Assembly (NCBI GenBank): GCA_010093605.1
Contig: MU004182.1
Coordinates: 2,713,195-2,777,194, forward strand
Source of the DNA: Lophium mytilinum
Taxonomy: Eukaryota
Direction: 5' to 3'
DNA: 64,000 bases
In this document: piece by piece, positions 13,496 through 27,047 of the stretch
Position numbering within the stretch: position 1 is the first letter of the stretch
How the letters are laid out: each line of letters starts with the position of its first letter
Translations under genes and position numbers: made by a program
Notes under the pieces: generated by a model
Seen by the model: only the letters and a program-made list of their open reading frames with translations
What the model was told of the DNA's origin: nothing
The model's database searches: none

Positions 13496-13902
13496 AGCAT
13501 TTTGGACACGAGGCTGCCAACCAGTGCCGGCTGTCCAAAGGCTGGCGGTTAGAGAAACGAGGCTAGCCGTGCTGCACCGCAGGTCTCCGAAAGCTTCGCC
13601 CATCTCCTACCTTCAGAGCTCTGCCCTTTCCCCGTAGTTCCCGCTTAGTGTCAAAGCCGACTCAATTTGCTTCCCATCGTCATGCTTTTGTTTGCCTGCT
13701 TGCAATGAATTACCGCAACAGCTAGTAAATTAACCCGGAGATGGAGGAGTGAAGGAGAGGGGATTGGGGAGCGAGAAGGCGGAGCACGGGATGTTTAATG
13801 GCTGACATTCTGCTTGGGCCTGCTTAAGAGAATTGCAACCTTCTATATCCAGCTGCATTGAATCGACATCTCAGTCATAACATCCATCAAAATCGGGCGA
13901 GA

Positions 13903-16257
13903 TCAAACATCTCCGGGCGCAGCGCCGCCTAATCTTCCCTCGGTCGTATCCCACAACATCGTGTATGCCGAGTACTGCGACGGCTTGCTTGCCTCCGAGA
14001 AATGGGTCCCTTGAGCCGTAGCGACCGAGATTTTCAGCGACGGCATGTTTTCCTTTGGAATGATGTTTTCATAGAACTATTGCGGAAGAAGTTAGCTCCT
14101 TTCTGTCAGAAACCAAGGAAAGACCCACATCAGTGATTCGCCAGTGCAAATTCTTCCTCAAGTACTCAATAACTTCGACCTGATCCAAACTTCCCAAAGT
14201 CAGACCTCTCTGTGCCTCGCCCAAAGTAATGCGCTCGATCAAGTAGTCTGTGAGGATGACTTGACCAGAGGACAGAGCATTCTCGTCTCGTAGCTCCTTG
14301 CAGCTCGCGCAGCCCGACTCATCCACGCCGCGGCCTTCGACTTCGGAGCTGAAATTGTAGACACGGCCGATTGCGGTTAGGTCGTCGGCAAAGTCATAAG
14401 CGCTGGTTGAGGGGACGTCGCCCAGGAAGAAGGTGATGGAGTATGGACGGCCCTCGAGAGCAAATCTACCATGAATCAGCGGAGCGGCAAACAGAGACTG
14501 CTATTTTGGCACCTACCTTTCATACACCACGTTCACAACATAGTCGTTGCTTTGCCACGATGCGGGCGCTGGGTCTCCAAATGCATCAGAGGAGATATCA
14601 CCAAGCGGGGCCTGGATACTGTCCGAGACCGGCTTGGGAACCATATCGATCAAAGCTGGTGGGAAGTTCTCGACTAGGAGGTTCTCTGCAGTCATTGCTG
14701 CCATCTGCTGCCGGGCAGCTTTTTTGTTTGATTGCAGAAGCAACGCAGCCTTGGGGGTGGTCGAGTATAACCGCTCAATTTCCGTATGGATAGAGTTGGA
14801 ATATGCTTCTTGGTCGAATTTGCCATCTTTGGTGAACACCCATTTCTTCAATTCTGGATAGGTGTAGCCGAATTCCTGGTGCTTGAAGCTGCAGGTCACC
14901 GATGTAAAGAGATTGCCTTCTTCATCGGTTGAGAAAGGGCTAAGCTTTGCTTCCGGCCCATTTCTTCCTCCAGCTCCTGTATCCAGCCACTTGTGGGTCT
15001 CTGGGGAGAAGAGGTCCTGCCAAATAGCCAGAAGACGGTCAACGTTGCTACAGCGGTCAGTGTACAAAATTCACAGCAATGGAAACCTAGCTCACCAATG
15101 ATGCAGCCAAAAGAGCGGATCATATGCTGCCGTGGAAGGGTCGCCGAGATACCCACTTCCGCCGGAGAAGTTGTGGATATTGTTGTGGATGGCTTCCAAA
15201 GATGGATACTCTACCACTCGCTGCCCGTACTTGAACGAGCCTGTTGAAAATTTCTCATACGGCATCACAGGCTTCCCTTGTGCATCGACAGATCTAAAGA
15301 GTCTGTAGACTGCCTCAGGAAGAGTGTTGGCATAGTACTTGCCATGTTCATTGCCAACAGATCCCTGAAGCTGCTTAGTGATCTTTTTGTAGTCCTGGTT
15401 CTGACCTTCAAAGTACGCGCTCTTCTGGGCCAGAGAGACTTCTGTGTTCCATTTTTTTACGTTCAGCTTTGCGGGGAGGTCAGGCCATCGTGATGTTACT
15501 CTGCACGCCTCATACTATGCTTCTTAGTATAAGCACTATGCCTGTGCACACATACGTACCCAAGGTGCAGTTTCATCCTTAACGCCATAGTTGCCGAAAC
15601 TGCCCGGCACAGCGAATTGGAACATAGGATTGTCAATGGGGACAGCAATTTCGGTCTTCGTTCGAACAGGAATTTGTTTCTGTGTTATGATGAAAGGCAC
15701 ATTGGGTCCGGATCCAGGGATCTTGTTCACGGGATCATCTGGGTTGGTCGGATTCCAGTCGGGTTTCTTCATGGCCCAGTCCCAAAAAGGTAGCCTCCAG
15801 GTATCAGCCGCCTTGATCATGTCATCTTGATCTTTTTTGGCGAAAGTGCTAGGAATCAATGCAAGCATCTCCTCATGAAGCCTTTGCTCAAAGAGAAGCA
15901 TATATGGCGTGTGCCACGTCGCAAAAGTGACCCTGTCATGGGCGCAATAGTAGCCGCCTGACTCCTTCGGGTTCCTAGGCCATGGGAGGAGGGGATATCC
16001 GTGGATTCCTGCGAGTGTGATTAGCGTACAGGAGAGCTGTACTTATTGTTGTCTCTACCTGCTATGTTGAGATAGGATCGATCATCGTTCTTATCCAAGC
16101 CTCTATTCTGAAATTTGATGAGGGCATAGATGAACAACGATCTCTGATTGAGGTCATTAGGATCGGAGGAGAACCACCATTCATCAATCTCTCGTCGGAT
16201 TGGGAGCTCGCCGTTAGGCCCACGGCCTGTTTGGATGCCTTTGATAGCAATGGGCAT
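13903..16257 (-). CDS. Tyrosinase (type-3 copper) with C-terminal shield domain; 6 exons
   Basis: CuA: AGIHGYP..YYCAH...FATWH. Cu[33 protein letters not shown]-terminal GCASC and LHWRI. Introns 16009-16058, 15515-15559, 15048-15095, 14466-14516 and 14077-14128 keep the frame. No signal peptide. Confidence 0.95.
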
Positions 16258-19017
16258 TCTGAAGATCAGAATAATTGGGAGGGAGCGAGGTTAATTTTCG
16301 GCACAGGAGCGGAAGCACGCAGCAGTCAAAAACGATTGAAAAAGATAGAGCCACCTCTCGGCCGCGGCTTGAACACCTTTATGTAGGCAACGGAATCCGA
16401 GTGGCAGGAAGTGATGAATCCAGTAGCATACACCGGTCCCCATCTGGGAGTCGGATGTCCGTGCTCGATGCACAGTTCTGTACTGATTATGCGAAGCAGC
16501 CAAGTTAGCCTTCGCGTCTCGTTTGCGTGATCTAGGCCTGGCTTTCGACATCCTTGGCGGTGTCGAGCCACAATCTTACTGCGTGATGCAGTCAATTGCG
16601 TGGTCCTTCAGAGAAGCGAAGAGACGAGCATGCGTCTTTCATCGCTGGTCGTAGGAATCTAACGTTAGCCAGAACGAGGCCTCGGTAGGCGGACTGAACT
16701 CATCTGCATTCTTGAGGTCTAGACTTTCCGCAGAGAGTCGATCGACTCGGCAATAACAGTGATGGTGCATGCCAACGAGCAAGATTGAAACTCTGATTGG
16801 CGATTTACCAGTGGCATTCGAAACCTTCATGGCTGCTGGCAGGGGAGGATGCCTGAACATTGAGGTGCTGAAGGCTTTGGCTGAGCTGAAATACGATGGC
16901 AGCAACTAAGATATCAGTAGCTTGAGTTTTGGATGTGACGAATGTAGGCCAAAGGTGCAGAGGGAACGGCAATGCAAGCCTCCCGAATCGGCAGCACACT
17001 CGCTTGCGCGTTATGCGTCGGGTGGAAACGCACTCCCGAAAGAAATCCAAAGTGCTCTACAAAATATTACCTAGACATCAACGCTCAATTTGAAAGAGAG
17101 TCGCACCTTACCCTATCCTTACTAAGTTTACCAGATTTCTTCATATATTTAGGCATCTGAAACTGTGGTATATGGCGGTTTTTGGTATAATCGGTCAAAA
17201 ATTCTTTATTGGCTGTCTCCACCCGCTGCATACCCGGAGCGTGACGTAGGTAGGCAGTTTTGAGCTGGAAACTCAGCCAGCCATGTGGCCATGACCACTT
17301 GCCGAGCCAGTAAACAATGCCTGCTTTGACCTCCAAGACGGAACGACAGAACTCGAAAGGAAACGTATCTGCTTAATTCAGGGTTTGGATTGGCGCAATG
17401 GTAGCGCAGGGTGGGGAGGTATGAACTACTCTTTCAGCTACTGATGAGGCTGGCTGGAAGCTGTCTGCTGTCAAAGCTTTCTGTCGGATTGTGGAGCTCC
17501 GACTTTTCTAATTCGTACAAGCCTTACCTGCACGTTTTGTTCTTGCAGGCTCTGGCCCCCAAATAGGCCTTTGGAGGCATGCAATCGCTCAGAGATGCCT
17601 CCGGAGCCAACAGTCTTCAATGCCGACGACCACGATGATAGTGCTAAGAAACACGTCTCCATGATCCTTGCTCTAATAGTTTTGACCAATTCAACGTAGA
17701 GCAGCGTAGAGGCACGCTAAAGCAATGGCAGAGCTGTTGAACTTCGCACAGATGGATGCTGCAAGGAAATAAGTCGCGAATAGGCATGTTTGGCGCTAAA
17801 ACGTTCAGTCATGATCCACATTCCTCTCTCGCCGACTTCCAGTTCTACCGGCGACATATCGACGCGACTTTTAGCCGCAAGTAGAGGTGGGACTTCTCAC
17901 TGCTTGTCTTCTAGCTCCGCTTTCGCCCACAATTTCGGTCGTTTTTGAACACGCGCTCGCCGATTTCGTCGCCAGGGAATAAGATGAAGCCCATAGCTCC
18001 GGGTGATATCATCTAGTGAGCTTCCGCAATTTTTCAGGAGTGGCTTCAATTCCAGGCTGGGCGTCATTTTCTTAGTGGAGTTCGATTTCGGAATACCATC
18101 CTGGCCTTAACCCTCGCCGCCAAAGATAAAAGTATAATATCCAGGATGCTGTGTTATCCCGAATCTGGCGCGGTAGGGAACTCGGCAAAATTAGGGCAAG
18201 TATATGCGTACATTTCCAAAGCTAGCGTTCGTTTATTTGGAATTGGATGTCGCGAGCGCTAGTATGATGGAAAGAATCAAAAGTAGGTGTGAGTGAAGCT
18301 GTTGTATTGATGATGATAAGGTAGGTAGCTCTTGAACGGAACGAGGAAAGAGATAAGCAGGCTGCTGAGTAAGCGGCTAGGCAGGAATGAGCGCTACTTT
18401 GACCAATTCCACATTCACGGGGATAGCTTTGCCTTAGCGGGTCAGAATGTAGTTCGCTAGTACAAACTGCAATATCATTCCTCGCCATCTTCCCTACTTC
18501 AACTATCATGGATCGCCATTCCAGGAGATGTGGCTGAAGCTGTGGCGGTGCATCTAGGCTATACGAGTCACGTGATCTGGGCGGACAGCTCCGCCATCAT
18601 GACTCAAGATAGCTCATACTCCACAACTCTGCCTCGCCAGCCTCACGCTTGCAACCTTCATCCTTGGAAGCCTGAAACCCAGACCACATCCGCCTGAGGC
18701 CGCGCCGTCCTAGGATAATGACGTGGTAAGCAAACCGTCGAACGGGAAACAGGGCACAGCCACACGCCTCCCGCCACGTGAGTCATTACTACAGGCAGCA
18801 CCTTTAAGACATGTCTCCCGCCTCTCCGCTTCATAGATTTCCTATCTAGTCCTTTCTACTGTTATCAGAAGCCGTTTGAATTCACGCGAGAAGGCTTGAG
18901 TGGCGTCGATATCAGTCTATCCCCAACGACTATCTGTACAGTAAACGCACGTCCCAACTCTACCCTACCCCGATCACGATTTCTCCGTCACAAGACTCCA
19001 TTCATCTGTCTGAAACT

Positions 19018-19626
19018 ATGGATCCTCAAACCCTATCAGCCGACCTTCGCGCCCCATCTATCCCCAACAAGCGCCTACACGCCCGCACCGCCAAATTCGG
19101 CTCCGCAGCCCAAGTCGCGTTTGCCATGTCCGACGTCCCATCCCCAGATATCGCACAAACAAAACGGGGCACTTACACCCATCTCGCCTCCTTCATCCGC
19201 CCAGATGCTGGCAAACCCAAGGATCGACGTGGAAGCACCGGCCTCTTCATGCGCCGCCACGCCGCGGGGAAGCACGGCCTGAACGCCATGCAGGGCGAAG
19301 AGGGCGCGCGGTGGGCGGAGCGCGAGGCGGACATGGACGTCGAGGATGCTGTGTGGGCATGGGCGTGCGAGGCGGAGTCTGAGAGCGAGTTGGGTGGGCA
19401 GGGGATGAGTATGGAGGGGCTAGTTGGAGAGAGAAGGGAGGGAGGGTATGGAGGATTAGTGGAGCGGGCGGTGAGCTCGAACCATGAGAGGTTGAGGAAG
19501 AGGCTGGAGGGAGATGGATGGGAGTTCGTTGGGGGGCGGTATGGGGAGATAGAGGAGGTGGGCGTGGAGAGCGAGGGAAGCGAGGTAGACGAGGAGTTTG
19601 ATGTTGTTGTGATTTGTGGGGTGTAG
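19018..19626 (+). CDS. Hypothetical protein (202 aa, acidic C-terminus)
   Basis: ATG ORF with coding-like GC3. No recognised domain. Confidence 0.6.
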   Translation: MDPQTLSADLRAPSIPNKRLHARTAKFGSAAQVAFAMSDVPSPDIAQTKRGTYTHLASFIRPDAGKPKDRRGSTGLFMRRHAAGKHGLNAMQGEEGARWAEREADMDVEDAVWAWACEAESESELGGQGMSMEGLVGERREGGYGGLVERAVSSNHERLRKRLEGDGWEFVGGRYGEIEEVGVESEGSEVDEEFDVVVICGV

Positions 19627-19991
19627 TGTGAAGCAGAGGAGTTTTCTTTTGTCTTGATACCCTGGTCTTTCGTTTTGGTGGGTTTCATTCTCTGTATCGT
19701 ATATGACCTGGCTGAGATTCAACGCCTTTCAAACTCTTCAGAGCGTGTATGGATCTTTCAGCCAGCCTCGCAGACTTGTAACGACTCGTCACGTGACTTG
19801 GTTTAAAGACAAACTTTCGACGACACATGCTGACCTTTCAAGGATGGAAGTTCGTCTAACTACGTATCTAATATGTTGGCTTTTGGTGATAATTTGTTGT
19901 GTATAACCATCGATTTCGTGACTCTCGGTGTCCTAAAAGTGTTTAAGCGGGTACAGCAGTGGCTCAGCTTCATAACCCGACGATAATAGGC

Positions 19992-20230
19992 GCACGCCGC
20001 GTGCTCTCCGCGTCTACTAAAAATTGATCTACGCGGTTAGAAATGTGACTCTTTGTAACTGAGAGAGACAGGATCTCCACTAACGCATCCCAGCAACCTT
20101 TTCTAACCCTATTTCTGTAGACTCGATTCAGAGGGTCACGCAAATAGCTAGAATAGCAACTACTAAACGTGCACGCCGCGTCCCCTCCACGTCCACCAAA
20201 AGAGGAGTTGCGCGGTTAGATCTGTAACTT
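19992..20230. repeat. Imperfect ~60-bp direct repeat, about 180 bp apart
   Basis: gcacgccgcgtgctctccgcgtctactaaaa..cgcggttaga (19992) vs gcacgccgcgtcccctccacgtccaccaaaa..cgcggttaga (20171). Confidence 0.6.
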
Positions 20231-20446
20231 AAAGCAATTAAAGAAGGTAAAGTGTTGACTGAGGTGCATTACAGCGGCTTCTTGATCCTAAAATCGTCAA
20301 CCCGATTTCAAGTCTGTTTTCACAAAGTCCTGCCAACACGCCCGAGATCAAAGCGAAGGCGATCGGTTCAACCAAAAGCACGAAAATCCCGATCACAGGT
20401 CTCGGCCTCTAACGCCAGACAAGAGCTGCGTAATGCACAAAAGTAC

Positions 20447-21929
20447 CTACAGGTTATCCCCGTCCCAAATCTCCGCCACCCCACCCTCCGACGTCAACCA
20501 CGCCCAAAAACCCGCCTCTCCATTCTCCTCCGCTGGAGGACCCGGCTCCACCCCTTCAAGATGTTCCACAAGCTCGCCGCCGTCACCCCCGGCCCGTCGC
20601 TCCCGCTCCTCAATCTCCCTCAGGCTCCCCACACGACCCGCCAAGCGACAGCACTCCGCCCGACAAGCCTGCAAAACCTGCATCACGCGCTCCGGGTGCC
20701 GGGCGTCGTCCTCTAAAGCCGCGTTCAATTCCGCTAGCTGTTCCGCCACGCGCGCCGTACCATCCGCCGCATCTTCCAGCCATGCACGCAGTGCCACAAC
20801 GTGCTCCTGCGTGTGGATATCCTCGTCCAGCTCCTCGCGAAGTGCTGACACGCGGTGCTCGAGCTCTTCCACAGTGGGTACGAGCACTATTTCTTCTTCT
20901 GCTGCAGGGGCCGGCAGCTCGCCGTCAGCGTGCTCGGCCTGGGTAGCAGCCACCTCGATATTGGCCTGCTGGATGACATCGTCGCTCGCGGGTACATCAA
21001 ATCCCCCCTCGCCCACTACCACGCCAAAGTACTCGCGCTCAAGCGACTCCCCGCGCAGAAACGCGTCTCTCGTGCTGGGGATGTGCACGCCATCGAGGCG
21101 GTAGCGGAGCAGGCGGTTCCAGGCATGCGTGACGTCGCCGCCGCGCAACGCGAGCTCCGCCGAACAGGGCCTCGGATTCGACGCGTACGAGAAGGAGCCG
21201 GCGGCATGCTCGACGACGGTCGGGCGGACAGCCATGTCGCAGCGAAGCTGGCGCTGGTGCTCGTCGCTGACGATTTGGCTGAGGGTTTGGTAGAGTCGGC
21301 CCTCCTCGGTGCCGCTGTAGACACCGCTCTCGTGCAGGCACATCGCGTACCAGTAGCGCTCGAATCCGGGCTCGAAGACGGCCCACCCGTGTGGTAGCTG
21401 TTCGGCGTGGAGGTACATGTCGTTGTCGAGTTGCTGGAGGCAACAGAGTCGGTGACTCTCCCGCGCTTGCAAATGGGTGAGGACGTCTTGATAAAGCGCC
21501 CAGCTCTCCTGTCGTGATGGGAAGAGGAATTGTTGGTAGCAATTGTAGGCGACGCGGAGGGCGTGATGGACGGAGCGGCCGCGGGCGTGTAAATCTGACG
21601 CTAGTAAGGCGAATCGAAGGGGTGTACTGAAGACGGCCTCCGCAAGGTCATTGAGGTTGGCAGGAGGGGGCATAGTTGGGCTGCGTTTGTAGCGTTGTTT
21701 CCAATCCTCATCGCTCGGGGCTGAATTCCATGCTTCGTGGTGGGATGGTGACGGGCAAGCTTGGCGAGCCACGACGCTGGATCTTGTATGTTAGCTTAGC
21801 CGTATGGGGAACTCAGTTTGTATGGGGCAGGTAAAGGATCGAAATTGAGTTCAGAACTATGGGAACTTACGCCTGGTAAATTGGCCTGAGCCATTCAAGA
21901 TCAGGTCGCTCAAATCTAGCCCACTCCAT
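20447..21929 (-). CDS. Hypothetical protein with C-terminal coiled coil; 2 exons
   Basis: Exon 1 MEWARFERPDLEWLRPIYQ. Intron 21777-21870 (GTAAGT..CTAAC..CAG) joins in frame to the 441-codon ORF. E/L/A-rich heptads near the C-terminus. Confidence 0.7.
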
Positions 21930-22464
21930 AGCTGGGTGTCGCTGCGTATTCCTAACGATTGAACAGTATTGAGCGACTGCAAGATTATCGATGATGATAG
22001 CGATTGAATAGCTGCCCGTGAAGATGACAATGCAAGATAGGATGTTTGTAGACGAGGATGGGAGAACGCGACTCAAGACCAAACAAGTGCAAGCAAAGAG
22101 CAGCTTCCATAATATTGCGAGTCGTTCTTTATTTCGTCCATCGCAAACTTCGAATCACAATCGCAGGAGCCACCGTCTGAGGCGGCCGGGGAATTCATCC
22201 TTTGTTCCAAACCATGAACATCCACCTTGTTCGAATTCATGAAAGTCGGTCGAAGCACTACAAGCAGTGGCAAGAAGGTGTGCACCATTCCTGAGACTCA
22301 AATTTCCCTTTCACGGCAATCTTTGATGAAGTTTGCAGAAAACCACAGTTTGAGGTAGTCTGGCGAGTGGCTGGATGGTAAATTGATGAGCTTCCTCATC
22401 TTTCACACTTTTGAACGTCTGTCGAAACACCAGCATCAGTGCCAAGAAGGTCTACACACCAATC

Positions 22465-25400
22465 CTAAAACCCGAATTTTCCTTTCACCGCTGTACGCTA
22501 TTAGCATGCTGCTCTCCAAACATGAGCTGCATCGATTGGTCAAGAACGTACCTCCAAGAACCATGTTCCGCTTCTGTTTCTGTACGAACTTACCCACGTC
22601 GTCTGCCCAGCCCGCACTATTGCTCTCCAGCTTATCCATCGAATCTCCTGCAAGGCCTAGCTTTTCCGTTCTTTCGTTGAGTTGACGCTGCAAATATGCC
22701 CCCCAAGCTTCATCTGATCCACCAGCCGCAGAGCTGGAAGCATGACCCGCCCCCCTAGCGTCAACACGTCGTTGTTGCTCGTCGGCTCGTGCCTGCATAA
22801 GCATTCGTTTCGAAGGTGGGCGGTCTGGTCCACCGACTACGTATGTTGTTAAGATGAACTCTTATCAAGTGAGATGTGAGAGAGAAGTGAAACCTACTAA
22901 GCAAATCCATGTCCGTCGGAGTGATGTACTGCGTCCCCGATATCCATTGCAGATTCGAGATTGTGGGCCTCGGAGGTATGATATTATCTGGATTGAATAG
23001 AATGTCCTTTGATCGATTACTGAGGTCCGTTAGCTTGATATCTATTTTCTGGATCAAGTGTACACACAGGTTGAGCCCTGTGCCAAATACATTGACCAAG
23101 GCCATCTCCGCAGGCCCCTTCCATCCTAAGATGTCGCCCGTACTCGTAATGATCGCCTCAGAAAATCTGCGGATATCCATGGTATCGCTCAGTTTCACAG
23201 ATCCGATTTCCTTCAGAGCCGGGATAGAGTAGGCTCTGGCGTAGCCGTCGCCAAAAAGTCCAAGTAAAGCATAACCCATCTCTTCGTACCGAACGACGGC
23301 GGCGGCGTCACACAAAACCGAGTCGAAGGTTTTATGGGCCCCTTTCTGTGCCGCAGGCTTGAACAATCGGACGCCGGATTGCGTGACGGCAAGCAGAACA
23401 CCGTTGACTTTAATTCCATTTCTGAGATTCGACACTGCTCCTTGCGATGCTTGCGCAGGTCGGCCTGTCTCAGCAGTGATGGGCGCAATCCGAATTACTC
23501 TGTCATCAAGGGAGGAAGAACCGGCGAATTGAACGGAATAGCGACCGCTGGAGTCTGGGAGAAGCTTGAATGTAGCGATCTGGCCCAAATTGGTACCAAC
23601 GTGGAGGAGAATACTTGAATAATCTATGAAGCGTTAGCTCTACCCTATTAACAATGCTCCATTCTCCTTACCATCGCCATCGAGAGTCATGACCTATGAG
23701 TGTTAGCTGAGTTCTAGCAAGGTGGCTTGGGAGGATTCATACGCTGAACTCCAGTGTCGTCGGCCACTGAACCTTTGCAGCGACCTGACCACTGCTTCTT
23801 CGGAAACTTCCTCGCTTGTCACTTTTGACAAAATCTTGCACATTGGCACTGTAGATGACTGCCGGACCGCGAAGGTCAATGACCGATAAACTGCCGCCTT
23901 CGAATCCAGCAGCTACAAATCCCACATCGGACATCTTCAATGCCGAAACCGGGCCATTCTGTTCGTCTAGTAAAGTGAAAGGAAGAAGACCTTCTGTCAG
24001 AGCTGGGTCCTGCCGCTCAGTAATATTGGTAAGCTTCTTCGGGGTATTTGCAGTGGGCGGTGGAGGTTCTCTTCCAGCATTTTTGTTATGTCCCCATCTG
24101 AACATGACAACCTCGCCAGTCTTCAGCCCAACGGCCAATTCACCAGTGGCACCAGAAAGAGAGACTAGAGCAACATCAACGGCGTCGTAACGACCGACTG
24201 CAAGATTGACGTTAGCTTGGAGAAGAGCTTCATTCTCAATCTCATCTCCGTGTCCAGCATCCCATAACCGGATAGTTCCATCTGCGTGAGCGGTCTGAAC
24301 TATGTTTCGACTCTCGAACCGCTTCAAAGGATGGTTGGCTTCAGCACCTCCCTTGAGTATCGGTGGTCCATGTGCCCTTCTCTCGGTCATTCCTAGCCAC
24401 CTCGTTCGCTCAATTGGAGCTAGATTCGCATGGGTGATGAACGGGTGGACGAATGTCATCGAGGGATGAAGCTGGTTGGTGGGCGATATGGGCAGGCCGC
24501 TTGGAAAGCTTAAGGTAATAACTTCGCCGGAAGATAGCAGGGCTAACACAGCAATAGGGTCATGTGCTCCGGCGAAATGCGGAGACGATCGAGGAATAAG
24601 GCAGAAGTCTACCACCTCAGCGTTGGCAGGGGTAGGTAGAATCCTTTGGCGCTTCGGTGACTCGAAATGATCTGATAGTACTTGCCATGATGATGTTGCG
24701 TATACAGGTGTACGGCCAAGCTCGAGTAAAGTGAGTCCTTTGGTAGGCAAGGTTGTTGGAGCTCCACCAGCAATGAGGATAGCTGTATCGTCAGGATCCT
24801 GGTTCGCGCACCATGCGATTCTGAAAAGAGGTGCCTTGAAAGCGAAAGTCCCCGGAGATACTCCATGTGTTGTGCTTCCTCCGCCTGGTTTGTCCACGTT
24901 CGTGTCCGACAAAGTTCTAGCCATCACAACCCGTCCATCCTTTGGATCCCAGAACACAAGACTGCTATCCTCGTGCCCTGTCAATACGAATGAGCCGGTA
25001 GGGTGCCATATCGCTTGTGTCAATGCCGGCTTTCGGGCCATATTGATCGACGAAGGATCCGAGTCTCCGCCTGGCGCACCTCGAGGTAGCTCATACTGAA
25101 AGGACTTCAACACTTTATTTTGCTTGAAAGAGTATACCACAGCACCGTCGGTATAGCCAATTAACAATGTGCCGATGTCTCGTGGGTGGAAGGAAATGGT
25201 CACGACGGATGAAGGCCGCGCTCGAGGGTTTTGTTCTCGCCAGAAGTTTGGGATCCGGAAAGGCGCGAGGTTCTCGCGGTCGAGATCGTAGGCCAGTATG
25301 TCACCTGGAAGCAGCTGTGAGCACTTGCCAAAGCCAAGAGGCACAAAGAAATGTACATACCCGTTTGTGTCCCCAAGAGCACGTAGTCGAGTGTAGGGTC

Positions 25401-25839
25401 GCTGTGCACGGCGGAAATCTTCGCAGGAGGCGAGTAAGACGCAATGAGCTGCTTGGTCCCCAGAGAGAATATGGAGAGATCATTCTTCGCATCCAGGCAA
25501 AGGATCTTGTCGCCGCAGAACTGGAGTATCCTCACCGATGCCCGGCGGGGCAGCGGTAACACTACATCGACGCGCTGCTGTCCGAAGACGTATATCTGGC
25601 CGCCTCCAAACTGTGTTTCGTTTGTTCCTACAGCTAGCAGGGACTGTACGGGATCGTAGGCTATTTGGGAAATCTGCGAGTTGATGCCGAAGCGCTTGAT
25701 CTGTCTCTAAGTCAGTGCTGACGGCGGGCATGCGGGGACTCGGACAACGTACGTCGTCAAGAATGAAAAGATCAGGTCCTAAGCCTGCAGATAGATCATT
25801 CTGGATACCGGCTTGCTTTCCGCGTAGAAGGTGAGCCAT
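22465..25839 (-). CDS. sro7: Sro7/Sro77 (tomosyn/Lgl-like) WD40 SNARE-regulating exocytosis protein; multi-exon
   Basis: MAHLLRGKQAGIQNDLS start. WD40 segments (FHPRDIGTLLIGY, WHPTGSFVLTGHED), Lgl-C-like SDVGFVAAGFEGG..IDLRGPAVIY, and C-terminal R-SNARE-like LNERTEKLGLAGDSMDKLE. Ends AVKGKFGF* after a final intron. Confidence 0.93.
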
Positions 25840-27047
25840 GGTGTGAATGATTGGGCATTCTTTGAGGTGTTTATGAGAGCTGAGCAAGAGGCGCAAGCTA
25901 GAGGGGTCAAGGGTCCACGGCCGCAACGTCACAAGCCAAGTCGCGTTTCGGCCTCAGGAACGCGTTCCCTCAACAGCCTCATCTCCCTACCTTGCATAGT
26001 GATCATCACCCATCTCCAGTAATTATAAGACTCTAGGAGTCTGATGTAAGCCACATGTAGAAGCAAACATCAGTACAGACGTTTCTAAGACTAGCTCAGC
26101 CACGAAAGAGCACTTTCATCGCTAGTCATTGTCCTGTAGGAAAGTAGACAGGCCAGACACGCAACTTCAACTATCAAAGGCCTGACAGCTTCCGAAAGAC
26201 TCTTCTATCACTCGAGGAGCGGCACATTTCTAGAAGCTGGGAACGAGATTGGCTGTGTGTACACTAATTTAATATCGGCTGAGGTGTTCCATGACCACTC
26301 TTCTATATCCAAATGTGGTTTGAAAGCATGCCCACCCTCGCAGAGGAAAGTGGTCGCAAATTTCAGCACAGATCACAGCGAGCGGATCGATCCGACATCG
26401 TAGAATCACAAGACAACATAGCAGAACGGAAACCCGGTTTATGGAAGATCTGATTGTCTATTGGAGCTTGTTTAGACCTTTGAAGCCTTAGGGGCATATC
26501 CAGTTATGATGAAGTCTTCTTCGCTGACAGAATCTATGGGACTCCGTGCGTGTGGGGCAGAGAATATGGGCAGAAGTATTCAAAGTCGAGAAAGGAAAAT
26601 ATGCTGCGGGGTTTCGGTGCTTGTGACATTTGTTTGGGGCTGCTTGAAAATTTGGCTCGCGGGAGATAATAGCTGCTGATGCTTGAGCCCTGGATACAAC
26701 ATTTGGAGGTGCTTTCATGGGGGCTTGGTGGTGTGGGAGGCGGCCAGCGGGGGTGAAGTATTGAAGTGAGGCCAAAATAGGATGGAATGGATAGGAAAGC
26801 TTTTCACCAGATCGATCTAGCTCTGAAGAGGGGAACTCTTCATGCCAGCTAAGAAGATCGCAGATCAGGGTCCGATCCATATATCAAGTCTTCGACTAGA
26901 CGGCGTCCGAGGGCAAAGACCTGAAGGATAGTAGGTCATTTATGCCTCACAGCAAACAGGCTCTGAGATACAAATTATGTCGAGCTTCCCTTGATATATG
27001 GAGCAGACGGTGATTGTGAAGTGTGGCCTAGTATGCCTGTATCATTG

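Noticed and set aside
13903..16257. Tyrosinase as part of a pigment or secondary-metabolite cluster
   Set aside because: No PKS, NRPS or tailoring genes nearby.
16300..18550. Scattered 60-95 aa ORFs upstream of tyrosinase
   Set aside because: No recognisable domains, splice structure or coding bias. An old relic cannot be excluded.
18567..19797. GTCACGTGA E-box (Cbf1-like) sites at 18567 and 19788, also 45715
   Set aside because: A common short motif that cannot be assigned to a gene or function from sequence alone.
26488..26880. 130-aa minus-strand ORF between Sro7 and the helicase relic
   Set aside because: No motif or supporting structure.
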